64,000 bases of DNA. It comes from Mobula birostris (Eukaryota). Positions 25,280-37,359 of the stretch are shown piece by piece. Under the pieces are notes generated by a model that had not been told where the DNA came from, made no database searches, and saw only the letters and a list, made by a program, of their open reading frames with translations. The DNA lies in contig NC_092390.1 of NCBI RefSeq assembly GCF_030028105.1, positions 52,682,777 to 52,746,776 of the forward strand, given 5' to 3'. The position numbers were made by a program, and so were the translations under genes. Numbering within the stretch: position 1 is the first letter of the stretch; each line of letters opens with the position of its first letter.

Positions 25280-26400
25280 TCTCTTGCAACAACCGGCGCA
25301 CGGTGTGTGTGTGTGTGTGTATAACCAGAGAGTGGGGAGAGAGAGAGGTTATTTCCCGTTGTCCTTTACCAAGCGTTGCAAAACCTTGTGCGAAAATAAT
25401 ATATTCAACTAATCGGAAGTCGTCACCTCAGCCACCACCATGTTTTTTTTAACAAAGGATGTGCAGGCTGTAAAGAATAAATATGGTTAGGATTTTTTTA
25501 AAAAAGCAGCAGGTATAAGCAGAAGAGGGCGGTGATCGTTGTGCCTTTCGTGGCCAGTTAAAGCAGAAGGCGGCCGGAGGGCGGGCGGCCGAGCCGGCTG
25601 TAGGAGGGGTTGCCCAGCATCCCGCCCCGCTGATGTCACTTCCATTCAGCCGCCTGTGCCCGGGCCGAACTGTGACATCGACGCCGGGGCTTTTGTTCCC
25701 TCTGCGGTTGAGAAAGACAACAACACAGGGGACGGTTGTATGGTCCCCGGCCCGTGCTGGCGGCAGCGTTCCCCCCTCCCCGAGCGCCCGCTTGCTCTCT
25801 CGGCCGTCTCACACGCCCACCCCATCCGCCGTGGAAACGACATGCTTGGATGTTTAAAACCGCTGCCGAGTGGAATTTAAGCCAGAGCGAAAGGTAGGAA
25901 AGGGCGGCGGGAGAAGTCCCCTCTCCCCTCCGGTCTGATGGGAGCGTCGTCCCCCTTGTCTGGACCCCGGTTTGAAAGTAAACGGACAGACGCTGCTGAG
26001 AACAGAACTTGGAAGCCTCTGTGGTGTTGGGGGAGGGAAAGCTGGTGGCGAGTGAGGCCACTGGTGACGGGTTATCCGACCCCGATCCCAAATTTCCTCT
26101 CCTTAAACCCTTCGTGATATTTTTTGTAATTGTTTTTGTTCGTGCTGCATTTCAAAATAACGCGGCCCACTGGACTCCAACTTGATGCGCAACGCCATAT
26201 GAGTGACGTGTCGGTTCGCCAATGGGCGGAGGGCCTACCTTTGTGTTTGCGGTGGTTGGACCAATGAGGGCGATGGAAGGGCGGGACGTTGGTTGAGGCC
26301 GGTTTCATGGAGACATCACAGAAGCCATTTATGAGCCAAAGCTCTCTGATTGCGGGTTGTTTTGGAACCCCCCTTACCAAAATCTCACCGCAGAGCAGTT
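25280..26400. promoter_or_regulatory. CpG island, bidirectional ACADSB/IKZF5 promoter region
   Basis: GC/CpG-rich against an AT-rich background, between divergent genes. ETS CGGAAGT 25414, CRE-like TGACGT 26204, CCAAT 26219 and 26261, GC box 26224; plus-strand donor AAG|GTAGGA at 25894. Confidence 0.8.
25303..25347. repeat. (GT)9 and short (AG)n microsatellites just upstream of the ACADSB ATG
   Basis: Direct reading. Confidence 0.85.
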
Positions 26401-27011
26401 TGACTGACTTGCATGTAGATAATATGCAAACAAAATTGCCCTATGTGTATTTATTTAATGTGTTCGTCGCAGTCTCCGAATCGTTCTTCTGTCTTGGTCC
26501 CTCAGAGGTTGAGACACGAACAGAAGCAATTCAAATCCACGTCTGTACATACAGGGCTTGATATTAAATACCCCAAACCTGTACAACGACCTACCTAACA
26601 TGAGTAGACATTCAAAAAATGGGCAACAAAAACATGTAACCACAGGTTCTATCGTGCATCGAAGCTTCTGACGATTTGAATAATATAGGAGACAGAACAG
26701 CAGAAACCTGTTAATTTAAATATCTTAAAATAATGAAAATGGACAGAAATATATTAACTTATAAAAGAAAATACACTACAGATTGATAGAAAACTGGAGG
26801 TTAATATATTTTAAAATGTTACCCCTGAGTTGTCCTTTTGAAAATAAAATGCTGTATTTGTAGTAAAGAAAACGCTGCAAAGACAAACCCTGATGCTGGG
26901 AATTTGAAAGTAGTAGACTGGGTAACAGCTGTAAAGATGTTTTGTTCGTCGATAATATAAATATAATTGATGGGAATGAAATGGACTGTTAAGGAAGAAA
27001 AGCCTCAAGTA

Positions 27012-27977
27012 CAGACATCCCACCCTACAAAAACTCATTTCAGGGAGGTAGCACCACCATCCCTCCCCCCCCCAACCCCCCGTCGACCTCCAAGGGTGTA
27101 TGTATACAGGACATTTGATTATGAAAGAACACGACAATTTATTTGATCACATATTGAAGCTATTTACATGTATATAAATATATACTTTGAGTATTTTGTT
27201 GGCAGTCTCAATGCTAATAGCTAAATGCTAATGCAAATAGCTTTTCTATTCCTTTTGCAAACTTCCCTTGTACTGTGATGTGGCTTGCTTGGCAGATTTG
27301 AGCATTTTGCCGGAAGTCCCAACCTCCTAGCAGTCTGTGTCAATTAATTTGTTAATTTTGCAAAACATCAGATTCACAATTATATTTTATTATCATGGAG
27401 TCATTTTTTTTATTCTATTACACCTTTAAGCAAGTGTACAGGGAGTTTGGCCTCATCACGTAGGACATCGATAGAGTATCTCCTTAGCAGCTAGCCAGCT
27501 AGTTTAAATAACGTTAGCTATGCTAATGAACGAATGACACCTGTTAAACTCACCTCAATGTGTCTTTTACAGTCTTAACCCACCATGGGCAATAGAAAAG
27601 TCACTGTTACAAACAGTGCAGTGAGCAACACTGTCATTATTTTTGACCCCTATTAGGCAGGGGTACACTTCAGTGTAGTCTGGGGTGAAGTATGTTTTAT
27701 ATTTTCTTTTTTTGGAACGCTCTGCCATGGCGCTGCAGGACACTAAACTGAACTGATGGACAATGAATGAAAGAGAGAGAGAGAGGTCGACTGTAAAGCC
27801 TGCCCACAAAGAAAACTGATAGGTCTACTTAGCACAAAGAGAGACCAATCAGGATTCTGTGTCTCTCTCAAAAAAAAATATCAATTTCTGGGATATTGTA
27901 TATAACTTGTGGGCATCAGGGAGCCGCTATCAATATGTGGGAGACTCCCAGAACTTCCAGGAGAGGTGGGATGTCTG
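27012..27977 (-). mobile_element. Deleted hAT-like DNA transposon retaining an N-terminal zinc finger
   Basis: TIR CAGACATCCCACC / GGTGGGATGTCTG; flanks CAAGTA/CAAGTG; minus ORF MAERSKKRKYKTYF..AHCTVCNSDFSIAHGG. Confidence 0.7.
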
Positions 27978-28199
27978 CAAGTGGAAGGATGGTCCTGAGA
28001 AGGCATCTGAGATCACAACAATGGTGTACTGCACAGTTGGATTTGCAGAATGAAAGGCTGAAAAGACAGCAAGAATAGTGAGGCTGTGCTTGTGTTTATA
28101 AAACAAGCTGATTGACTCCATGGAGGGGATGGAAAAATGGTTGTGTTTCCAATGCTTGAAGAATCTGGAAAAGTTAAGATAATTTAAAAAAAAAGTTAG

Positions 28200-29150
28200 A
28201 AGCGATTTACTAGGGCGGGAATACATAACAAAAATAGGAGCAAGGAAAGGCCATTTCTTTCTTCAACCCTGTTAGTAGTTTGTGGCTGTCCTTTGACCTG
28301 GATTCCATTTTCCAACACGATCCCCATATACTCAGTTCTCTTAATATCTATAAATCTATTGATCTTTGTTGTGAATGATGTCAATGATTAAGCTTTCAGA
28401 GAATTCAGAAGATTCACCACTCCCTGCGTGAAGTTATTTCTCATTTTAATTCTACCTTCTATTTTAAAAGCACGATTCCTGATTCTGAACTCCTTAGGCA
28501 AGAGAATCATTCTCCCAGCATTAGATCCATCAAACTCTGATGAAATTTGTTAGTCTGAATGAGTTGTTCTTTTCATTCTTCTAAATTATATTAAATACAG
28601 TCCTAGTCTACTTGATCTATCCTCGTCAGCAAATCTAGCAACCCTTGAACCAGTACAGTAAATTTTGCTGCTCTATTGTAAGGCTATCTTACAATATGTA
28701 TAGATACCAAAATTATACACAGTACTCCAAGATGGCATCTTTAGTCCTGTATTTAAATCCTTTCATAGTAAAAGCCAACATACTAACTGCCTGTCCGTGT
28801 ACAAGCTTTCAGTGACTTGTGTACGTGAACACCCTTGGAACATTACCTTAACTGTCACAATTTAAAAATACTGTTTTTCTGTTTTGTGCGTCAAAGCTAG
28901 TAACTTCACATTTTCAATATGACATTGCATTTTCCATGTTCTTGAACACTCATTCAATTTATGGTTTCTATAAATCCTCTTTTAACCCCCCTGCTTATAG
29001 TTCCCCATAGTTGTGGCAGACTTGACAATATCGCATTTGTGATCCCCTTGGCCTAATTGTGTTTATAGATAGTGAATAACTGGGGCGCAAGAATCAGAGA
29101 CACTCAATCTTTGCTCTCAGTCCAATCGCCAATTTTGAATCCAGGTTAGT
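28200..29150 (-). mobile_element. Old CR1 fragment
   Basis: Degenerate reverse complement of the CR1 RT C-terminus and tail. Confidence 0.55.
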
Positions 29151-29924
29151 ACATACCATCTTCATGAGCTCTCTAGAAAAATTACCTTGATGAGTTTAGT
29201 TGGAGCAAATCTGGATTATACAATGGCCGAGGGTGAATAAGAAAGATGATAGTAGCCCACAGTAAGAATACTTCAAGTACTTGAAAAGGCACTGAACTGG
29301 TTCATCCAAAGTCAGACAAATGAATCAAAAGTAATGATGGATGTGGAGTTGATAAATGGTAGAGAGATATTCTACATGCTGTTAACTTGAGTGTAATTTG
29401 GCCCTGTGTCAAGAGAAGATGAAGCAATGAACACAAACAGTGTTCTAGAGATGGCTGTTATAGTTGCTTCATGACAAGAAAATGTTAATGATTTTTTAAA
29501 TTTATATTTATTTGAAATTTCATGATCTGAGAGTTTTAAATTTATCTCTGCAGGTATGTACTTCTGGAGAACTAAACCCAGATTTTCTTTGTTTACTTCT
29601 ACAGTTGTTCTATATTTTTCTGTAGGTGTGGAGGGAAGCTCCTGACTGAGTTGGGATTGCAGAGTGAATTTTGTCAAGAGCTCTATGTTCTGGAATTTAA
29701 TAAATTAAATTGTGATTTTAGGCAAATTAGAGATCAATGAGAGGAAATCACAGTCATGTTAAATGAGCTAAATGGACTATTTTGTTATCTTTCCTGAATT
29801 TTAGTTGTAGTCTGTCCACAAATTCACCAGCAACAAGATAGTAGTAATTAACTTGTTTATATCAATAAGAAGAGGGGTATCACAGAGGTGTGGGTCATGG
29901 GTGTGATGCTCATGACAATATGAA

Positions 29925-30220
29925 TGAATACATCCTAAGATGTGCTGGTGATATCCTGGCAGCCCATCTGGGGTTGATCAGGACATGGCTTCTATTCCAG
30001 CAGCATTGGCCCATGGGTCATACCTCTTGACCCAGAGCCATCTGGATGCTCGCTCAGCAGCCTCTGTGACAGTCCTGATGGCTCTTTTCTTTGCAGCCCT
30101 GGTAATGCCAAGGAGAGAGTTGGTTCTGCAAAGCGAGCAACCAGCAAAACCTCCACACCCCACCTCTACAGGCTCCGACTGTGCCCTCCACCCTGTCTCT
30201 GACACTGCTCTATGAGCTCC
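29925..30220 (-). mobile_element. HERO/NeSL-type non-LTR retrotransposon C-terminal fragment
   Basis: GWRAQSEPVEVGCGGFAG.SL..LLGIT..AAERASRWLWVKR is typical of the restriction-like endonuclease end of this clade. Confidence 0.7.
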
Positions 30221-30245
30221 TGGGATTTGGCTCTTATATATTTAT

Positions 30246-30742
30246 AACCATATAACAATTACAGAACGGAAACAGGCCATCTCGGCCCTTCTAGTCCACG
30301 CTGAACTCTTACTCTCACCTCGTCCCACTGACCTGCACTCAGCCCATAACCCTCCATTCCTTTCCTGTCCATATAGCTATCCAATTTAACTTTAAACGAC
30401 AACATCGAACCTGCCTCAACCACTTCTGCTGGAAGCTCGTTCCACACAGCTACCACTGTCTGAGTAAAGAAGTTCCCCCTCCTGTTACCCCTAAACTTTT
30501 GCCCTTTAACTCTCAACTCATGTCCTCTTGTTTGAATCTCCCCCACTCTCAATGGAAAAAGCCTATCCATGTCAACTCTATCTATCCCCCTCAATTTTAA
30601 ATACCTCTATCAAGTCCCCCCTCAACCTTCTATGCTCCAAAGTATAAAGACCTAACTTGTTCAACCTTTCTGTGTAACTTAGGAGATGAAACCCAGGCAA
30701 CATTTTAGTAAATCTCCTCTGTATTCTCTCAATTTTATTGAC
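30246..30742 (-). mobile_element. CR1 3' fragment
   Basis: IERIQRRFTKMLPG, RLRGDLIEVFKI, NFFTQTVVAVWNELP. Confidence 0.9.
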
Positions 30743-31394
30743 ATTTTGTGTGTGATATATATACATACACACACACATACTTACATCTTTTGTGTGTGTG
30801 TATATATGGTATCTCATATTTTGATTGAAGTGAAAATTATGAACTTCTAAAGTTTAAAGAATGTTTTCTTCAAAGGTTTTGAAGCTATTAAGAACTATTG
30901 AGGTGGATTAAAAAAACTGTTGAACGGAGAATCTATGGAAAATTGGCACAATCTAGAATGTGGAATTTAATCTCTTGGAACTTGAATTTCTTTTTTGCAA
31001 ATGACAATAATATCAAATGTTAAATTTAAAGTCTGAGGTTGATATCTCTTTTTGCTATGGGGAATAAAATCAAAAAAATTTAAGTTTTTGAACATCAGCG
31101 GTTTCATTGAAAGGTATGATATGTTTGAAGAACGAGTCAACCTTTATCCCCAAAAACCCAGGGATGCTTTCCCAGACACAAGAAATGAAAATGTCCAGGA
31201 TTTATTGCCGGCTAAAAGGATTTACAGTCAACTAAGTCTGATAACTAGTGTGAGCAGTATTTCATTATCCAGATATTTCCTTTTGCATTCTCAAACAAAA
31301 TTACTCCTAAATAAAGAGTTTGGACTTAAGTTTAGTTCATAATTGAGAATTATGTAATTAATTCTTGGGCAGATCTCAAGAAATCACAGTACTG

Positions 31395-32570
31395 CACTAC
31401 ATATTTTAGCGCCACAGAACAGAAACGGGTCCTTTGGCCCATCTGGTCCATGCCAAACTATTAATCTGACTGGTCCTGATGACCCTACACCCGGACCATA
31501 GTCTTCTATACCCATCCCATCCATGTACCTATCCAAAATTCTCTTAAACGTTGAAATCAAACTTGCATCCACCACTTCTGCTGGTAGCTCGTTCCACACT
31601 CACACCACGTCTGACTGAAGAAGTTCCCCTCGTGTTCCCCTTAAACATTTTACTTTTCACTTTTAACCCATGGCCTCGAGTTCTAGTCTCACCCAAACTC
31701 AGTTGAAAAAGCCTGCTTGCATTTACCCTATCTATACTCCTCATAATTTTGTATACCTCTATCGAATCTCCTCTCGTTCTCCTATGCTCTAGGGAATAAA
31801 GCCCCAACCTTTTTGTCTTTTCCTTATAAATCAGGTTCCCAAGTATGGTGGCAACCTTGTAAATTTTCTCTGCACTCCTTCAATCTTATTGACATCTTTC
31901 CTGTAGCTAGGTGACCAGAACTGCAACTAGTACTCCAAATTAGGCCTCACCAACATCTTATACAACTTCAACATAACATCTCAACTCCTGTACTCAATAT
32001 TTTTGATTTATGAAGGCCAATGTGCCAAAAGCTGTATTTACGACCCTACCTACCTGTGATGCTACTTTCAAGGAATGATGGACCTGTATTCCCAGATCCC
32101 CTGTTCTACTGCACTCTTCGATGCCTTACTGCTCACTGTGTAAGTCCTACATTGGTTTGTCCACCCAAAGTGCAACAGCTCGTGTTTGTCTGCATTAAAT
32201 TCTACCTGCCAGCTTTCATCCCATTTTTCAGCTGGCCCAATCCCGCTTCGAGTATTGATAGCCTTCCTCGCTGTCCACTATGCCCCCAGTTTTGGTATCA
32301 TCCACAAATTTGCTGATCCAGTTTACTATATTGCCATCTAGATCATTGACCAATCCCTGCAACACACCATTTGTTGTAGGCCTCCAGTCAGAGAGGCAAC
32401 TGTCTACTACCATTCTCTGGCTTCTGCAAAGCCAATATCTAACGTAATTTACTACCTCATCCTGAATGCCAAGTGATTGAACCTTTTTGTCCAACCTCCC
32501 ACGCAGGACCTTGTCAAAGGCCTTTCTGAAGTCTATGTAGACAACATCCACTGCCTTGCCTTATCAACTT
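31395..32570 (-). mobile_element. CR1 RT 3' fragment
   Basis: DVVYIDFRKAFDKV, SKFVDDTKTGG, RGDSIEVYKIM. Confidence 0.9.
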
Positions 32571-32785
32571 TCCATTACATTTATAAATTTATTGGATATC
32601 TTTTTAATAATAACTGCAAAAAGGTAAAACATTTCCTCAAATTATATAATTTATTTTGCAAATCTTTGTGTTTCCAGTGATGCAGTTGTATTGTCTCGTC
32701 TGTTATAGCTGATATAAATGCAACACATCACAAAATTAGTAGTCAACCTAGTTTTTAAGAAGCTTTGGGAAAAATATTTGACCAA

Positions 32786-33225
32786 AGCAACACATGTAAA
32801 ATACTGGAGGAACTCAGCAGGTCATGCAACATCTATGGAAATGAGTAAATAAGTTGATGTTTTGTAGCGAGATCCTTCTTCAGGACTGAGAAGGAAGGGG
32901 GAAGACGCTAGAATAGAAAGATGGGTGGAGGGAAAGGAGGCAAGCTGGAAGGGGATGGGTGAAGCCAGGGGTTGGAAAAGGTCAAGGGCTGGAGAAGAAG
33001 GAATCTGATAGAGTGGACCATAGGAGACAGGGAAGGAAGAGGGGACCCGGGGGAGGTGATAGACAGGTGAGGAGAAGAGGTGAGGCCAGAGTGGGAAATG
33101 GAAGAAGAGGGAATTTTTTTTCTGCAAGGAGAAATCAATATTAATGCCATAAGGTTGGAGGCTACCCAGATGGAATATCAGCTGTTGCTCCTCCACCCTG
33201 AGGGTGGCCTCATATTGGCACAACA
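32786..33225 (-). mobile_element. Penelope (Neptune-like) 3' fragment with degenerate hammerhead at 32851-32889
   Basis: EATLRVEEQQLIFHLGSLQPYGINIDFS; minus strand CAGTC CTGAAGA AGGATCTCGCTAC AAAA CATC AACT. Confidence 0.8.
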
Positions 33226-33717
33226 CTTGACCTGTTGGGTACTTCCAATAAGTATTTCCAAAATGGTTTTAATAATGGACCCCCGTTCCCAAAAGCATCA
33301 TATAGAAGTGTTAATGCATATAAAAGCAGGTAATGTTAATCTGAAGGCAAAAGATTAATCTGGATGTTGGAATTCTGTGATGTGAAAAGAATATAGTGGA
33401 AATGCATGATGTGGGAATTTCCAGTATTTCTTACATTAAGAGAAATGAAGTTCTGGACATTAACAATATATGGTAATTGTAATTTCAGTTCTAGAAATAA
33501 GTCACAGGTGAGAATGGGTCAATTATAGCAACGTCATATGATCCTTAGAAAAATAAAATCTTAAGAAACTTGCTGTGGATTTAAGCTGATAAGCAAAGTT
33601 TTCTTAATGTATTCTAATCTTAATAATGTGAGTAAACAGCAGTTCACTGTGCAAATCTAAAAGAAAATATGGTAACTTTCCTTTAGGAATTAAAGGTCTT
33701 CAATCAAAATCAGGAAT

Positions 33718-33850
33718 ATGCGAGAAAAGAGAAATGATTCTGTAGATTTCGTCAAGGATTTTCAAGAGTATCTCACTCAACAAACACAGCATGTAAACAT
33801 GATTTCTGGTTCAGTTTGCAATGAAAAGGAACCGGAATTACTTCAGCCTG
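33718..33850 (+). CDS. IKZF5: IKZF5 (Pegasus) first coding exon; acceptor AG at 33685-33686
   Basis: MREKRNDSVDFVKDFQEYLTQQTQHVNMISGSV matches the Pegasus N-terminus; donor CCTG|GTAAGA; 133 coding nt. Confidence 0.95.
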
Positions 33851-33887
33851 GTAAGAAAATGGCTAGTTTACTAATATATAAATGGTA

Positions 33888-34090
33888 CAGGTCGACCTTC
33901 ACTAATCCAGCACCACTGGAACCTGAGGAGTGCCGGATTAGTGAAATTGCCGAATTACAGAAGGATCAAGTTAAGCAATAGCTAACCTTCACTAAATGCT
34001 GAATTACAGAAGGATCACATTAAGCATACTTGGTGCTGGATTATCAAAGGAACTGGATTACAGGTAGTTGGATTAGTGAAGGTCGACCTG
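33888..34090. mobile_element. Tigger/pogo-like MITE
   Basis: Perfect 22-bp TIR CAGGTCGACCTTCACTAATCCA, TA on both flanks; internal duplication GAATTACAGAAGGATCA. Confidence 0.9.
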
Positions 34091-35079
34091 TATTAGTGTT
34101 CAAGAGGCTTTAAGCATTATAATGCTAATCCTACCATTTATTTTCAATATAACATTATTGAAAATATCACTCTGAAACATCTCAATTATGCACTTTTGGT
34201 CATTTCACATAATTATCATCTCAGGGGTGTTTCTTTTTCATGTACTGTACTCAAGAGTCCTTAAATCTTTCAGGGGAATGAATCTCCTAAAAGTACATGA
34301 TGAGGACTATGTGACTTTCAAACCCCATGATGTGGTCAAACTATTGTTACCTTTTGAAATGGCCTAGTAAAACCATGTAGTTAGGGGATGTTTTGGATGT
34401 GTACTAAATACCAGTCTGAGAAGCGACTCCTAAATCCTACAAATGAGTAAATTTTAAAAAAACCCAAAGCAGTCCAAAATGGTGTAAAGTTCCCTCTCGT
34501 TATGTGGTGTCTCTCTTTATCCATCTGGTCTCTTCAACAGCTTTTGGTAGTCATCCCCACCATTCTCCCTCTCTATCTAGCTTGTTTCCAGTTTTGCCTG
34601 TCCAATTGTAATTATTTGTATAGTTTTAATTCCCTCATTGAACCATTACCTCACACCTTTGAAGAATCTTGGCTACTTTGTAGTGCTTGTTCGGAGCATA
34701 TTCAGAGGCAAAGCTTACATACTCTGCCTTTAAGGTCAGAATTTCGGCAGGCTCCATTAGGGATTTAATGAATAATAGGCTGGGTATGACAGTGGGCATG
34801 AACACAGTGGGTTGAGGGGGCCTGTTTCTATGCTGTACAACTCTATGACCAATAGCAGTTATCACAAAGCTCTTTGTAGGCCTTGTTGTGCTATACAACT
34901 CCTGTTTCCTACAGCAGCTTTATTGGCTATTAAGAATGTGGGACCTTTCAAGAAATGAAAATCCAAGTTTGTACTTTTCTCTATTTTTACGTATTACCTT
35001 ATCCTGACAATGTCTTTCTTTAAGACTCCCCTTACAGTCTAACATTTATTCATGCTTTTATATTGCCCTGTGAATTTAT

Positions 35080-35820
35080 CAAAGTGAATTTATTATCCAA
35101 GTACTGTATATATATGTACTATGTACAATCCTGAGATACATTTTCTTTCTGGCATACTCAATAACTCTATAGAGAATCAATGAAAGACCGCACCAACTTT
35201 GTGCAAAAGATGACAAACTGTGCAAATACAAAATATATAATAATTATAAATGGGCAATAAATATCTAGAACATGAGATGAAGAGTTCTTGATGAGTCTAT
35301 TGGTTGTAGGAACATTTCAATGATGGGGCAAGTGAGGTTGAGTGAAGTTGCCTCTTTGGTTCAAGAGCCTGATGGTTGAGGGGTAGTAATGGTTTCAAAA
35401 CCCGGTGGTGAGAATCCTGTGGCTCCTGTACCACCTTCCTGATGGCAGCAGTGAGAAGAGAGCATGGCCTGGGTGGTGGCGGACCCTGATGATGGATGCT
35501 GCTTTCCTGAGACAGGGTTTCACGTAGATGTGCTCAATGGTGGGGAGGACTTTACCTATAATTGACCGGGTCACATCCACTACTTTTTGTAGGATATTTC
35601 ATTCAAAGACATTGGTATTTCCATACCAGGCTGTGATGCAACCAGTCAATATACTCTCCACTACACATCTATAGAGGTTTGTGGAAGTTTTAGATGTCAC
35701 ACCAAATCTCTAAGGAAGTAGAGGTGCTGCTAATACTTCCTTTGTAATTACACTTACATGTTGGGCCCAGGACAGGATGTCCAAAATAATAGAGGAATTT
35801 AAAGTTGCTGACCCTCTCCA
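35080..35820 (-). mobile_element. Rex1/Babar 3' fragment
   Basis: HHPGHALFSLLPSGRWYRS in ORF 35395-35580. Confidence 0.8.
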
Positions 35821-36010
35821 CCTAGATTAAGAGAGTTACTGGAGTTACGTTTGTTTTATATTTCTGCTCACCATTTTATACTGTGAGTTTCAGATTGATT
35901 TGTCATGTGCATTATATATCTGTCAAGATTTTGCCAAATCAAAAATTAACTTTCTGCAATTAATTCCAGCTTATCTTATTTTTATATATTTTGAATGCAT
36001 GTATCTCACA

Positions 36011-36316
36011 TGTAAAGGCATCCGTTAGTCTTGCGAGACCATAGATCTGCGCCTGGAAAGTCTTCACTCTCCAGGGCGCAGGCCTGGGCAAGGTTGTATG
36101 GAAGACCAGCAGTAGACCATGCTGCAAGTCTCTCCTCTCCACGACACCAATGTTGTCCAAGGGAAGGGCATTAGGACCCATACAGCTTGGCACCAGTGTC
36201 ATCACAGAGCAACGTGTGATTAAGTGCCTTGCTCGAGGACACAACACGTTCCCTCGGCTGGGGCTCGAACTCACGACCTTCAGGTCGCTAGTCCAATGCC
36301 TTAACCACTTGGCCAC
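36011..36316 (-). mobile_element. tRNA-derived SINE, same family as 21812-22117
   Basis: High visible identity over about 300 bp. Confidence 0.85.
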
Positions 36317-37176
36317 AACTATCTATCAGGGATTCATGTTTATTGGGTGAGAACTCGTTGGGGAATGCCAACAATTTCACATTAAGCTGCTCACATTTAC
36401 CTTGCTCATTTCTGGGAAGAAGCTCAGGACTTCCACATGAATGCTGAAGTCTGGAACTTGCTATCTAGGTATTGCTGGTGATGCCAGACAGCATATGTAC
36501 ATTGAACTTTGCACAAAAGCCATTACAGTATAGTGTTGTGAACTTGCTGCAGTTCTTTAGTTGTTAGTATTGGGTAATCTGCCACAAAACCTGCACCAGT
36601 TTAGACTTGACATTGAAACAGGGAATTATTTTTAAGTGACTCAAATTTTACTTACTTTTTTGAAAATTTTTTGGACATTACTAACATTCAAAAGATTTTA
36701 GTCATTAACCACTATTAAAGACTGGGACATGACTTTGCCAAGCAGCTTTCAGCTAATTCAAGGATGAGGCCTTGATCCAACACACTTGCACAGAACCTTG
36801 GCATTTCGGCTTGAATTGCACTGAAACGCACGCCCAGTTGATTTTGGTGGATCGGCGAAAGACAAGGCTGTAACTTCTGCAAATGTTGGAAGGTCAAGCT
36901 ATAGTTGAGCAATACAGTGATTAGTGATAACTTTCAAACATCCAAAACAAAATTGTCTTTAGTTTTTACAACCTTACATTTTCCATTTACGTTTAGTACA
37001 CTAGGCTGCTATTTTCTTCCCAACATTCCCATAACCTCCCTTGTGCGTATGCCCACAGCAAGAAAAGTGAACATAAATGCTCCCATAGCCCAAATGAACA
37101 GAATGCAACAATTAGTTTCTTAAAGTTTGTATTTTTATGTAACAACTTTATAAATTATTTGTATTTTCATTGGCAG

Positions 37177-37359
37177 CTGGAACAGAAAATCATCAAAATG
37201 GAGTCCATCATGCTTCTGTTGAGGTTTCCCTCGATGATGGCTCTGGGATGATGGGAGAAGGGCCGGAAAGAACGGCTGATGGAAAATTGAAGTGTCAGTA
37301 TTGTAACTATGCAAGCAAAGGGATAGCACGACTTATGGAGCACACCAGAATGCACACGG
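37177..37359 (+). CDS. IKZF5: IKZF5 second coding exon, C2H2 finger 1
   Basis: ttggcag|CT...ACGG|GTAATA, 183 nt; DGKLKCQYCNYASKGIARLMEHTRMHT. Confidence 0.95.

Noticed and set aside
25539-26380. Overlapping GC-rich ORFs in the CpG island (also 50590-51263)
   Set aside because: Expected from stop-codon depletion in GC-rich DNA; no recognisable domains.
29370-29700. Possible IKZF5 non-coding exon (donor CAG|GTATGT at 29554; acceptor-like tttttctgtag near 29624)
   Set aside because: Splice-like motifs only; cannot be defined without transcripts.
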